Shown: positions 27,483 to 37,294 of the stretch, piece by piece
Position numbering within the stretch: the stretch's first letter is position 1
Layout: each line of letters begins with the position of its first letter
Origin: an uncultured Acidobacteriota bacterium
GTDB lineage: Bacteria > Actinomycetota > Acidimicrobiia > Spongiisociales > ZC4RG35
Direction: 5' to 3'
DNA: 64,000 nt
Assembly (NCBI GenBank): GCA_963828465.1
Contig: CAWHEU010000025.1
Location: forward strand, 128,001-192,000
The notes under the pieces: generated by a model
Databases searched by the model: none
Told to the model about the DNA's origin: nothing
The model's input: only the letters and a program-made list of their open reading frames with translations
Made by a program: the position numbers and the translations under genes

Positions 27483-28598
27483 ATGGCCCGCCACGCCTTG
27501 ACCGGGCCGGCAAGCGACCTCAGCGCAGCGGACATCGCCGGCGTGATGTGCGGTGCCCATGCCCAGGTTCTCAGCGCCGCTGAGTTCTCGATCGGGAGGC
27601 GCATCGCCGGGGCGACCCGCGCCCACGTCCAGCGAGCCCTTTGGGAGGAACGCACGCTGGTCAAGACCTTCGGTCCGCGCGGCACGGTGCACCTGCTGCC
27701 CACCGCCGACCTGCCGATGTGGACCGGGGCGTTGTCGGCCTTGCCGTCCTCGGTCCCGATGCATCCTGAGCCGGTCCGATTCACACCCGAGCAGGCCGAC
27801 GAGGTCATCGCGGCCATCGGCGACTCCCTTACGGACGCTGAGCTAACCGTGGACGAGCTGACCGAGGCGATTGTGGACCGAACCGGCGCGTGGGCCGGTG
27901 AACGAACAATGGACGCGTTTCAGGACAAGTGGCCACGCTGGCGCCTGCTGACCAGCACGGCCGCACACCGCGGTGTGCTCTGCTTCGGGCCGAACCGGGG
28001 CCGAAACGTGACCTACACCAACCCCCACCGCTGGCTGCCAGGCTTCCAACCCGACGACGACGCGGTGGCGATCCGCACCCTCGTCACGCGATACCTTCAC
28101 GCCTACGGCCCGGCCACGCCCCAGCACTTTGCCCGATGGCTCAACATTCCGCCGCGGAGGGCAGTCGATCTCTTCAACGAGCTCGCATCCGGCCTGGAGG
28201 AGGTAGAGATGGAAGGTGAGGCGGCGTGGGTGATTGTCGGCGATGTCGGGACGCCGAACCAGCCGCACAGGGGGATCACCCTGTTGCCCTACTTCGATGC
28301 TTTCGTCGTTGCCGGTCAGCCTCGGAACCTGCTCTATCCGGGCGCGGCGGCGATCCGTGCCCTCACCCCGTCGGGCCAGGCCGGCAACTACCCGGTACTC
28401 CTTATCGATGGTGTGGTTGGTGGCGTTTGGCACCAGAAGCGATCCGGTCAAAACCTCGCCATCACCGTCGAACCGCTGAGCAAGTTGACGACAACCCAAC
28501 GTCGTCAGCTCGATGAGGAAGTAGATCTCTTAGGCCAGGTCATGGAGGCCAAGCCAACCCTGACGATTGGCGCCGTGACGGTGGGAGCCCACGCCTGA
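27483..28598 (+). CDS. HTH_42 / AlkZ-like DNA glycosylase
   Basis: GAHAQV, FGPRGTVHLL, RYLHAYGPAT, LLPYFDAF, DGVVGGVW. Confidence 0.85.
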   Translation: MARHALTGPASDLSAADIAGVMCGAHAQVLSAAEFSIGRRIAGATRAHVQRALWEERTLVKTFGPRGTVHLLPTADLPMWTGALSALPSSVPMHPEPVRFTPEQADEVIAAIGDSLTDAELTVDELTEAIVDRTGAWAGERTMDAFQDKWPRWRLLTSTAAHRGVLCFGPNRGRNVTYTNPHRWLPGFQPDDDAVAIRTLVTRYLHAYGPATPQHFARWLNIPPRRAVDLFNELASGLEEVEMEGEAAWVIVGDVGTPNQPHRGITLLPYFDAFVVAGQPRNLLYPGAAAIRALTPSGQAGNYPVLLIDGVVGGVWHQKRSGQNLAITVEPLSKLTTTQRRQLDEEVDLLGQVMEAKPTLTIGAVTVGAHA

Positions 28599-28601
28599 GT
28601 G

Positions 28602-29036
28602 TCAGATGCGGCTCGCGTACGCGAATCTCTCGAAAGGCCACTTTTCCGCCAGCCACTCGCTGACGGACCGCCACACCACCGGATCCATTTCGGCTCGGCT
28701 CGCCGTAACCCACGAGCTGACCTCGGCGTCGTGTCCCTCGTCCTCAGCGGGGTCGATGTAGAGGCACCCGATCACGTCGTCCCCGTCGAGGACGGAGTAG
28801 GCGAACGCCTTCCGGTCGGTGAACTCGCGGGCGTGTCCCTCCAGATCTGACATGTTCTCCTCGATCGTCATGGGTGATGGCCAGCCACCGTCCATGCCGG
28901 GCGTGGCGCGGATGTGCTCGATGCTCGACATCCACGCCCTGTGGTCACGTTCGTTGTGGGCCGGCCCCAACGGCTCGAGCCGAAAACCGGGACCTGCGAA
29001 GTCCGTCGGCACAACGAAGTCGTCCGGAACGAACAT
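28602..29036 (-). CDS. GNAT-like N-acetyltransferase
   Basis: FRLEPLGPAHNERDHRAWMSSIEHIRATPG, FAYSVLD, GCLYIDP. Confidence 0.78.
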   Translation of the reverse strand: MFVPDDFVVPTDFAGPGFRLEPLGPAHNERDHRAWMSSIEHIRATPGMDGGWPSPMTIEENMSDLEGHAREFTDRKAFAYSVLDGDDVIGCLYIDPAEDEGHDAEVSSWVTASRAEMDPVVWRSVSEWLAEKWPFERFAYASRI

Positions 29037-29044
29037 GACGGCGG

Positions 29045-29497
29045 CTACGACCGGTCGTCGGTCTCGGCGTCGACGATCTCGTATTGCAGGACTTCCTGCG
29101 ACTCCCAATCCGGGCGCACGCGGCGGTTGCCGGTGAGCACATTGGCGCGACCCGACAGCCTTTTCGTGATGTTGCGGTAGACCATGTCCCTCACAGCCGG
29201 GATCAGGAGCAGGAAGCCGAGAGTGTCGGTGATGAATCCCGGTGAGATCAGAAAGGCGCCGGACACGAGGATGGCGGCCCCGTCACTCAGCTCACGCCCC
29301 GGGAGCACCCCCTGGTTCACCTTGCCCCGGAACCGACCCCATACCGAGACCCCGGCGCGACGGACCAGGACGGATCCCAGCACCGCTGTGACCAGGGCAA
29401 TGCCGAGGGCCCAGCCGAACCCGATCATCGATCCGACCCAGATGAATGCCGCCATCTCGGCAAGGGCCACGACAGTGAAGAGAAACACCAACCGCAT
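29045..29497 (-). CDS. fxsA: FxsA family membrane protein
   Basis: AEMAAFIWVG, GAFLISPGFITDTLGFLLL. Confidence 0.88.
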   Translation of the reverse strand: MRLVFLFTVVALAEMAAFIWVGSMIGFGWALGIALVTAVLGSVLVRRAGVSVWGRFRGKVNQGVLPGRELSDGAAILVSGAFLISPGFITDTLGFLLLIPAVRDMVYRNITKRLSGRANVLTGNRRVRPDWESQEVLQYEIVDAETDDRS

Positions 29498-29534
29498 CGA
29501 CACCAACGCTACCGGCGGCCGCGACTAACGACTC

Positions 29535-30827
29535 TCAATCGCCCCAGAACACCGACGGATTCAAAGTTCGATCCGGATCGAGCGCTTCCTTGACACGGCG
29601 CTGCAACTCCAGGACTGCAGGCTCTGTGGTCCGCCGCCACCAATCGGCCTTGGCGACGCCGATCCCGTGCTCGCTGGCAATGACGCCATCGAAGGCGACG
29701 ACGAGCTCCAGCACACGGTCGACCACCTCCTCGGGATCATGACTGCCAACGACATTCACGTGGAAGTTCCCTTCCGCCAGGTGCCCGAATAGGTAGGTCT
29801 GCCCTCCGAGGTCCAGGTGTTCAACCGCAATGGCGAAGTCGTCGACCCGATCGAGCGGGACCGCCACGTCGAGCTTGACCGGGATCCCCAGACCGTTGAG
29901 CGTCTCAGTAATCGACTCCCGGTAAGCCCAAAGCGTGCGATCCACGACCGCGACGGCATTCTCAGGAACAGGAGGAGGATCTCCGGATTCGATGAGAACG
30001 TAGAAAGGAGCTTCAGAAGTGAGGGGTTTGGGGAGGCCACGATGTTCGATCACTGCCTCCAGACAGGCCCTGTCGAAGAACTCGATCGCACGGACCTCGG
30101 GGCCAAGGAAGCCGAGACCCTCGCCGAGCGTCTTCAGGGCCACGAGCACCACCATCGGCGCCCCCGCCTCACCTGGCTGAAGTCTCAGCGTCGCCGCCGT
30201 GATGACACCGAGGGTCCCTTCACTGCCGACCATCATCTGTAGAGGATCGGGGCCGAGGCTCGCTTTGGGCATCCCGTCGAGGCCGGACAGAAGAGTCCCG
30301 TCGGCCAAGACCACTTCCAGGCCCAGCACTTGACGACGGGTGTCCCCGTTGGACACGACATGTGTGCCCCCGGCATTGGTGGCAATTGTCCCTCCGATCG
30401 TGGCCGAGTCACGGGAGGCGAGATCGACCCCGTACCGGAGCCCGGCCCGACGAGCGTGCTCCTGGACGGATCCGATCGTGACTCCCGCCCCGACCGTCAC
30501 CGAGAGCTTCCCGGCGTCAATAGGCCCTATCTGGTCGAGACGTCGCAGCGAGAGCACGATCTCGCCGTGGTGAGGCACCGAGCCCCCGACCAGACCGGTA
30601 TTCCCGCCCTGGGGCACCACCGCCATCCGGGCGCTGTGACAGATCCGGAGCAACGCCTGGACATCTTCAACGGAACCTGGCCTTATCACTGCGGCGGTGT
30701 GGCCCGTCCACCGACCGGTCCAGTCACGGACATAGCCGACCACCATGTCGGGCTCAGTCAGGACATGAGCCTCGCCCACGACCTCGCGGAGCGCCCTGAG
30801 GACGGCCTCTTCGCTCCCGAACGTCAT
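29535..30827 (-). CDS. FAD-binding oxidoreductase (GlcD/D-2-hydroxyacid dehydrogenase family)
   Basis: PQGGNTGLVGG, GGTIATNAGG, GSEGTLG, GHLAEGNFH, SEHGIG. Confidence 0.9.
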   Translation of the reverse strand: MTFGSEEAVLRALREVVGEAHVLTEPDMVVGYVRDWTGRWTGHTAAVIRPGSVEDVQALLRICHSARMAVVPQGGNTGLVGGSVPHHGEIVLSLRRLDQIGPIDAGKLSVTVGAGVTIGSVQEHARRAGLRYGVDLASRDSATIGGTIATNAGGTHVVSNGDTRRQVLGLEVVLADGTLLSGLDGMPKASLGPDPLQMMVGSEGTLGVITAATLRLQPGEAGAPMVVLVALKTLGEGLGFLGPEVRAIEFFDRACLEAVIEHRGLPKPLTSEAPFYVLIESGDPPPVPENAVAVVDRTLWAYRESITETLNGLGIPVKLDVAVPLDRVDDFAIAVEHLDLGGQTYLFGHLAEGNFHVNVVGSHDPEEVVDRVLELVVAFDGVIASEHGIGVAKADWWRRTTEPAVLELQRRVKEALDPDRTLNPSVFWGD

Positions 30828-30909
30828 CGAGCGACTCTATGCAGCGCGGCTTCCTGCTCTCCGCCGGTTCCCAAAATGTGCATTCGCATTAGGTTGGAGA
30901 GTCACAACC

Positions 30910-32331
30910 ATGCCGATGACCGAGTTTCACTACGAGCCGCTGTCTTATCTCGATGCGTCATTCCTGGCGCTGGAGACCAAGACCAGCCACATGCATGTCG
31001 CCGGGGTGGCGCTCCTCGATGCCGCCCCGCTGAAGGGCGAGGACGGTGGCATCGACATCGCCCGTATCCGTGCCCATGTCGAGTCGAAATTGCGCTACAT
31101 ACCGCGCTACCGACAACGACTCGACTGGGTTCCATTCGACAGGCGACCGGTCTGGGTGGACGACGAGCATTTTTCCATTGACTACCACCTCCGCCACAGC
31201 TCACTCCCCCGCCCAGGAACCGAGAGCCAGCTCAAACAACTAGCCGGGCGAATCGTCTCCACCCCGCTCGACAGGAGCAAGCCACTCTGGGAGCTCTGGG
31301 TCGTCGAGGGGCTCGACGACGATCGGTTCGCCCTGATCGCCAAGATCCACCACTGCATGATCGACGGCCTCTCCGGGGTGGACCTGACGACCATCCTGCT
31401 CAACGTCGTCCCCAGCTCCGAGGTCGAAGAGCCAGAAGTTTGGGTGCCACGTCCCGCCCCCACCCCCACCCAACTCTCGGTGGCCGAGGTCGCTCGTCTC
31501 ACCGGTCGCCTGGTCGACCGACTCACTCACCTGTCGGAGGCGGTGCGAGACGGCGTCATGCTCACCGATCGAACGCTCGACAAATCGGCGGCTGCCTTCT
31601 CATCCCTCCGCTCGGGCTGGCTGCGAGCCGCCGACCGCACGCCGCTCAACCCTGATATCGGTCCCAACCGGCGGTTCGACTGGACGGATACGCCTCTCGA
31701 GGCCATCAAGGATCTCAAGAACAAGCTCGGCGGCTCGGTCAACGACGTCGTGCTCGCCATCACCGCGGGCGCGGTGCGACAGTTCCTCATCGAGGAGCGT
31801 GGCTACGACGTCAGCGGCGCCGAGTTCCGGGTGATGAATCCGGTGTCGACCCGCAGCGCGGCCCAGCGAGGCGCTCTCGGCAATCAGATCGCCATGTGGC
31901 TCCTCGACCTTCCGATTCAGGAGGCCGACCCTCGGGTCCGGTTCGAGAAGGTCAGGGAGGCAACGGGCAACCTGAAGAAGACGAACCAGGCGCTGGGAGC
32001 GGCGACCCTCGTCGAAATCAGTTCGGGAACACCGATCACCCTGCTCTCGCTGGCAAATCGCGTCGTGGGGCAGAAGATCAGGCCCTTCAACATGACGGTG
32101 ACCAACATCCCCGGCCCGCAGTTCCCGATGTATCTGTTGGAGTCAGAGATGATCGCCAACTACGCGATGGTTCCGTTGTGGGCGCAGCACGGGCTCGGAA
32201 TCGCCCTCTTCTCCTACAACGGGCGCCTGCTCTGGGGCATTCACGCCGATTACGACACGCTGCCCGACTCCGACCGCTTCCTTGCAGCCATCCAGGACTC
32301 GTTCCGGGAGCTTCAGAACCTGCCGTCGTGA
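30910..32331 (+). CDS. Wax ester synthase / diacylglycerol acyltransferase
   Basis: HHCMIDG catalytic motif, LDRSKPLWE, VNDVVLA, TNIPGPQ. Confidence 0.93.
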   Translation: MPMTEFHYEPLSYLDASFLALETKTSHMHVAGVALLDAAPLKGEDGGIDIARIRAHVESKLRYIPRYRQRLDWVPFDRRPVWVDDEHFSIDYHLRHSSLPRPGTESQLKQLAGRIVSTPLDRSKPLWELWVVEGLDDDRFALIAKIHHCMIDGLSGVDLTTILLNVVPSSEVEEPEVWVPRPAPTPTQLSVAEVARLTGRLVDRLTHLSEAVRDGVMLTDRTLDKSAAAFSSLRSGWLRAADRTPLNPDIGPNRRFDWTDTPLEAIKDLKNKLGGSVNDVVLAITAGAVRQFLIEERGYDVSGAEFRVMNPVSTRSAAQRGALGNQIAMWLLDLPIQEADPRVRFEKVREATGNLKKTNQALGAATLVEISSGTPITLLSLANRVVGQKIRPFNMTVTNIPGPQFPMYLLESEMIANYAMVPLWAQHGLGIALFSYNGRLLWGIHADYDTLPDSDRFLAAIQDSFRELQNLPS

Positions 32332-32723
32332 GCAATCTCGATCTCGCCGACGGGCTGCGGATGATGCAGCAGGCGGGAGAGGATGGATACTTCGGGCACG
32401 AGGCCCATCTCCGATTCGCCTGGACCGTGCTCGAAGAAGCCGACGACGTGGAGGATGCCGAACGGGTCACCTGCCTGACGATCCGCCATGCGGCCGACAT
32501 CGGCGGTAACCCCGCCAAGTACCACGCCACCGTCACGATGTTCTGGATCCGGCTGCTCGCGCATTTGCGAGAAGCCCATCCCGACGTAACGTCGGTCGGG
32601 CAAATGCTCGATGTGTACCCGCCGCTTGGCGATCCTTCACTGCCCGAAAGACATTGGTCGAACCTCGACAGCGAAGAGTCGAAGACATCCTGGGTTGATC
32701 CGGATCTGATCCCGCTTCCGTGA
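32328..32723 (+). CDS. Hypothetical protein
   Basis: GTGA-coupled; FGHEAHLRFAW, KYHATVTMFW, WVDPDL. Confidence 0.7.
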   Translation: MSNLDLADGLRMMQQAGEDGYFGHEAHLRFAWTVLEEADDVEDAERVTCLTIRHAADIGGNPAKYHATVTMFWIRLLAHLREAHPDVTSVGQMLDVYPPLGDPSLPERHWSNLDSEESKTSWVDPDLIPLP

Positions 32724-33607
32724 CGTTGCTCGCTGCGCTGGCCGGCGCCGTGGCCATTTCCTTCTCGGCCATCCTCTACGCCCTGGCCGAGGTATCACCG
32801 ATCACGGGAGCGTTCTTCCGTGTGTTCTACGCACTCCCGATCCTGTTCGTTCTGTGGTGGGTGCGGCGCCGGGAAGATCACCGAACCCACAACAAGCGGT
32901 GGGTAGCGGTGGCCGCCGGGATCTTCCTCGGCCTCGACATCCTGGTCTGGCACATCTCTATCGAATACATCGGCGCCGGCCTGTCGACGCTCATCGCCAA
33001 TTCACAGGTGGTCGTCGTAGCGGTGATCGCCTGGATCTTTCTCGGCGAGCGCCCCAGCCGTCAGGTGGCCATCGCCGTACCCGTGGTCTTGATCGGCGTG
33101 AGCCTGGTGAGCGGTCTCGGCCGGGGGGACGCATTCGGCTCAAACCCGCTGCTCGGCACGATCCTGGCCCTGGCGTCGGCTCTCCTGTACGCCGGGTTCA
33201 TCCTCGGCTTCCGGATCTCCAACGACATCCAGGCTCCGTCGGCCGGACCGCTCCTCGAGTCAACCGCCGGCGCTGCCCTCGCCATTCTCTTGGCGGGGAC
33301 CCTGACCGGGGGTGTCGAGTTCACTCCGACTTGGCCGGCGCATGGCTGGCTGCTCGTCCTCGCCCTGACCTCTCAGGTGGTCGGCTGGCTGCTGATCGGA
33401 TACGCATTGCCCAGGCTCCCCGCCGTCGAGACCGCCACGATCATCCTCCTCCAGCCGGTCCTGACCATGATCTGGGCCGTCCTCATATTCTCGGAGAGCC
33501 CCTCGACCATCCAATGGGTCGGCGCCGCCCTCGTCTTGTCCGGTGTCGGCTTCGTCGCCATCTCCCGCGCCCGCCGTACCCCCGAAATCGCGCCGGCGCA
33601 ACCCTGA
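32720..33607 (+). CDS. DMT/EamA family transporter
   Basis: Ten hydrophobic segments, two EamA repeats (FLGERP, LLQPV...FSESP). Confidence 0.9.
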   Translation: MTLLAALAGAVAISFSAILYALAEVSPITGAFFRVFYALPILFVLWWVRRREDHRTHNKRWVAVAAGIFLGLDILVWHISIEYIGAGLSTLIANSQVVVVAVIAWIFLGERPSRQVAIAVPVVLIGVSLVSGLGRGDAFGSNPLLGTILALASALLYAGFILGFRISNDIQAPSAGPLLESTAGAALAILLAGTLTGGVEFTPTWPAHGWLLVLALTSQVVGWLLIGYALPRLPAVETATIILLQPVLTMIWAVLIFSESPSTIQWVGAALVLSGVGFVAISRARRTPEIAPAQP

Positions 33608-33725
33608 ACCTCAGGTTCCCAGGCCCGGATACGGGTCTAAACGCCTCACGTTCGACGCCCTTGACAGAGACTCTTCCGAACCTGAGGCAGCTCGGCCCGG
33701 ATATGGAACGCAGAACCTGAGGTTC
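33606..33725. mobile_element. 120-bp MITE-like element made of the two ends of the DUF559 element
   Basis: Terminal inverted palindromes GAACCTCAGGTTC/GAACCTGAGGTTC; internal direct repeat GGCCCGGATA; halves align to 62882-62933 and about 61868-61916. Confidence 0.7.
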
Positions 33726-33738
33726 GCAGTTCGAGGTA

Positions 33739-34701
33739 TCAGCCGCCCATCACGATCACCACCAGACGCCCGGTGGGGCCGTCGACGACGGAGATGCCGG
33801 TGCGGTCATAGGCGGTAACGGCGAATTGGGATAGGGCGGTCGGCGATCCCAGCATCGCGTCGACTGCGGCCCGTGCGCTGCTGGCCAGGGCCAGGTTCTC
33901 ACCGACCACGGCAAGGCGGATCCCGGCGGCGGCGACATCGGTTGTCACGCTTCCGCCAGGCGGGTAGTCCCGAGAGAGCCGGCCGCTGGTGTACATCCCC
34001 ACCGCCCTCGATTCGGCGATTCCGTCCAGCCCAGCGCTGCGCCCCAAGGCAGAAAGACCGAGACCTGTCCGATGCTCGTTTACCTGCTCCAACACACCCG
34101 CAGTTTCGTCCCGCACCTGGCGGACCTCGTCGGGGGCGGCGGGAGGGATGGTCAGGACCTCGTTTCCTTCCGGGACGATCCGGTTCACGCCAAACAACCC
34201 CTGGATCGCCGCCAACGAGCCAAGCACCCCGTCGGGCGCCATCGTCTCGAAAACCTGCTGGGGCGCCGCATCTGGTCCGGCAATGGCCTGGGCGACCGAA
34301 GAGTCCTCGAAACGAGCATCCCAGCCGCCGGGGACCACCCGGGCCAGATTGATCACCACGAGGATGATGGCGATCCCCCACAGCGCCGCGACCGCGGCAC
34401 CACCAAGGCGGTTGATCAGATTCAAACCCGGTAGCGACATCACCCGCGACAGATAGTGGGCGGCGATGGACATCGCCACACCGAAGAGCAGAAAGAGGAC
34501 CACACCCGCCCCGATGGTGGCCACCTCCGGCGACACCGAGAAACGATCGGTGAGGAACTCGCCTAACGGGCCGCTCAGGCGAAACGCAATCCAGAGGCCG
34601 ATGAAGAGAGCCACCAGGTCGAGAGCCTCCCTGACGAACCCACGAAGCCAACCCCGAACCAGCAGCCCGGCGATGAACAGCCCGAGGACGAAGTCGACCA
34701 T
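33739..34701 (-). CDS. CvpA family membrane protein fused to a CAP (SCP-like) domain
   Basis: RGWLRGFVRE, INRLGGA; C-terminal VNEHRTGLGL, GENLA, AMLGSP. Confidence 0.8.
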   Translation of the reverse strand: MVDFVLGLFIAGLLVRGWLRGFVREALDLVALFIGLWIAFRLSGPLGEFLTDRFSVSPEVATIGAGVVLFLLFGVAMSIAAHYLSRVMSLPGLNLINRLGGAAVAALWGIAIILVVINLARVVPGGWDARFEDSSVAQAIAGPDAAPQQVFETMAPDGVLGSLAAIQGLFGVNRIVPEGNEVLTIPPAAPDEVRQVRDETAGVLEQVNEHRTGLGLSALGRSAGLDGIAESRAVGMYTSGRLSRDYPPGGSVTTDVAAAGIRLAVVGENLALASSARAAVDAMLGSPTALSQFAVTAYDRTGISVVDGPTGRLVVIVMGG

Positions 34702-34750
34702 TGCGTCCTACGTTGTACGTTCTGAGCGCTACATATCGCGGTATTGCCGG

Positions 34751-35146
34751 TTAGACCCGGATGGTCAGGACCGGGCAGGGGGCACTCATCAGGATGTCGT
34801 GGGCGTTCGAGCCGAGGAGGAACTTGCCCGCCGACGTCCGTTGCCGGAGACCGATCACGATCACCTCGCCGCCGAGGTCGCTCGCGGCCTGGACGATGTC
34901 CTCCGCCGGCGCGTTTCCCCGTACGAAGTTGTGGATCGAGTAGGTGATGCCCTCCTTCGACAACTCCTCGTCGATGATCGCCAGGTCGCGATCACTGGCG
35001 ACCACGTCCTCGTCGTCATCCACTCCGGCGCCGTGCAGCGAATGAACCACCACCAGATCGGTGCCCCGCAGCTTGGCCTCTGTGATGCCCAGTTCCAATG
35101 CGGCCCGGCCGCGGTCTGCGGACATGTACCCGACGATCACGCTCAT
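34751..35146 (-). CDS. Universal stress protein
   Basis: IVVGY-like start, IVIGLRQRTSAGKFLLGSNAHDILMSAPCPVL. Confidence 0.9.
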   Translation of the reverse strand: MSVIVGYMSADRGRAALELGITEAKLRGTDLVVVHSLHGAGVDDDEDVVASDRDLAIIDEELSKEGITYSIHNFVRGNAPAEDIVQAASDLGGEVIVIGLRQRTSAGKFLLGSNAHDILMSAPCPVLTIRV

Positions 35147-35176
35147 GGTTGCCTTTCGCCTCCTGGTGGGCGGAAA

Positions 35177-35911
35177 TTAGCTCCCGGAGAGCTCGATCCG
35201 CATCCTCTTGTTGGCTTTTCCCTTCGACTCGGTCTTGACCACTCGCACCTGGCCCACCTCCAGGGTGGAGGCGACATGGGTGCCTCCGTCCGCCTGTCTG
35301 TCGAGACCCACGATGTCGATCACCCTGATCTCCTCCACCCACTCCGGGATGAGGTTGACCTTGGTCCGGATCAGGTCCGGGTCCTTCATGGCCTCCTGGC
35401 GCGCCATGAAGACCACCTCGGTCGGATAGCCACGAACCAGCTCTTCGTTGAGCCTTCGTTCGACATCCTGACCGAACTCGACCGAGATGCCCTCCAACTC
35501 GAAGTCCATCCGGGCAACGCCGGGCTCCATGTTCCCCCCGGTCACCTTGGCGCCGAAGTCCCGGAATATGACGCCGGACAGGGCGTGAAGGGCGGTATGG
35601 GTCCTCATCGTCCGATAGCGGCGCTCCCAATCGATCAGGCTCTGCACGGGCGTTCCCGGGTCGGGGAGGATGGCGCCAGTGGCGACGACATGGAACGGCA
35701 TGCCGTCCTTGCGGACGGTATCGGTCACGTCGATCTGCCCGCCGTCCCAGCGTATGACCCCGATGTCACCCGGCTGGCCGCCGCCCCGGGCGTAGAAGAC
35801 AGTGCGGTCGAGAACGAGTCCCTCGTCGGAGACGCTCGAGACCGATCCCTCGGCCTCGGCGCGATAGGCGTCCGTCGACGCCAGCTCTTCTGTGGGTCCC
35901 GACCCGGCCAT
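35177..35911 (-). CDS. alaX: Alanyl-tRNA editing protein AlaX-M
   Basis: FYARGGGQPGD, MRTHTALHAL, ADGGTHV. Confidence 0.9.
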   Translation of the reverse strand: MAGSGPTEELASTDAYRAEAEGSVSSVSDEGLVLDRTVFYARGGGQPGDIGVIRWDGGQIDVTDTVRKDGMPFHVVATGAILPDPGTPVQSLIDWERRYRTMRTHTALHALSGVIFRDFGAKVTGGNMEPGVARMDFELEGISVEFGQDVERRLNEELVRGYPTEVVFMARQEAMKDPDLIRTKVNLIPEWVEEIRVIDIVGLDRQADGGTHVASTLEVGQVRVVKTESKGKANKRMRIELSGS

Positions 35912-35948
35912 GGGCGGCGAGCCTAGACCGGTCTGAAACCAGCCTTCC

Positions 35949-36678
35949 TCAGGTGGTCTCGCCTGAGGTGAGACCGGAGAGCCGCCAGACCCTCGACTCC
36001 CAGAGGAACCTGGAGCCCTTGGGCACGAGATGGACGATGCCGTCCGCGATCAGGTTCTTCAGGGTCTCGCTGTCGGCGATCAGAGAGGGCAGCGGGATCA
36101 TCTTCTCGGCGCGGGCGGCCACCTTGTCGTAGAGGGCGCGGGCCGCATCGAGGATTGCTGTCTCATCCTGAAGGCTGCCGGTGGGGAGGAAGACCCGTCC
36201 GCCCGGGCCGCAACCGACGAACGGCCTCTCGCAACATCCGAATCGGCAGCTCGCTCCCGCGTGGCCCACCACCCTTGCCGTCGGGGAACCAGCCGCTCAC
36301 CTCGGCCAGAGAATCCGGCACGCCCGATACGTCGCCAATGATCACATCGGCGTCGACGTCCTCGTCGAGAGGATCGAACAGATCACCCTGGTGGAACTCG
36401 ATCCGGTCGGCGACGCCATGCGCCTCGGCGTTCGCCCGGCCCACCTCCTCTACCTCGGGGCTGTTGTCGATGGCCAGCACTCGTGACGCGCCCAATTTGG
36501 CGGCGATGATGGCGAGGACCCCGGTACCGGTCCCGACATCGATGACCACGTCGCCTTCCTTGACGTCCATGGTGTCCGCGACCAGGGTCGAGATCGTGGT
36601 CGGGGCAAACGTGTGCTCCCCGAGAATCAGGTCGAGCGGCCCCAAGCGGCCTTTCCATTGAAAATATCCAGCTGCCAT
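35949..36678 (-). CDS. Class I SAM-dependent methyltransferase (PrmA/HemK-like); frameshift near 36203
   Basis: IDVGTGTG, GDLF; continues as GGRVFLPTGSLQDE in the next frame. Confidence 0.8.
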
Positions 36679-36732
36679 CAGGATTCCCGTCGTTCGTTGA
36701 CATCAATCTACCTGGTTTGGCACTACTGATCA

Positions 36733-37290
36733 CTAGCGGGATGTGGAATCGTCGGGAACGAACGGCGCACCGTGCCCTGGAACTATCAATGTGGCCACCT
36801 CCAGGACCCGCTCTCGGTGTATGTGGAGGCCCTCGGGGTCGGTACACAGCGGATCGTGAAAGGGAGCGTCCCGGTACCACCAGAGGTGGCTGAAGGCGAT
36901 CGTCTCCCCGCCATCCTTGACCATCGTCGTGACGTCCTGAGCAGTGTGACCAGGCGTTTCCCACAACTCGACGCCTTCGGCCACCTCGAATCCCTCAGCC
37001 GGTCTGGATGTCCAGACGTCGTCTTTGTAGATCGCCCAGTGGTCGTGGATGTTGGCGTTGGGAAAGAGGGCGACGTTGATGGTGTGGTCAGGATGATGGT
37101 GGGAGAGGATCACATCGGTCACCTCCTCGGGCGAGCGACCGAGCCCGGCAATTGGGTCGAGGATCACCGACGTCGATGACACCATCCCGGGGTCGATGAC
37201 GATGAGCGCCGAGCCCGCGTCGATCAACGAGATGGTCGAGGCGACGCGATCCCCGCCGTAGCCGACGTTGAGGAGATGAAAGGCCGGCAT
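36733..37290 (-). CDS. MBL-fold metallo-hydrolase
   Basis: SHHHPDH, TPGHT, IVPGHG. Confidence 0.88.
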   Translation of the reverse strand: MPAFHLLNVGYGGDRVASTISLIDAGSALIVIDPGMVSSTSVILDPIAGLGRSPEEVTDVILSHHHPDHTINVALFPNANIHDHWAIYKDDVWTSRPAEGFEVAEGVELWETPGHTAQDVTTMVKDGGETIAFSHLWWYRDAPFHDPLCTDPEGLHIHRERVLEVATLIVPGHGAPFVPDDSTSR

Positions 37291-37294
37291 TGTC

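Noticed and set aside
34466-35926. Long plus-strand ORF (486 aa) and similar antisense ORFs such as 21980-23281 and 17873-18820
   Set aside because: Antisense shadows of recognisable minus-strand genes, expected at high GC.
35947-35976. CCTCAGG...CCTGAGG as another copy of the DUF559 end
   Set aside because: Only the 7-bp core matches, the flanks do not, and it lies mostly in coding sequence.
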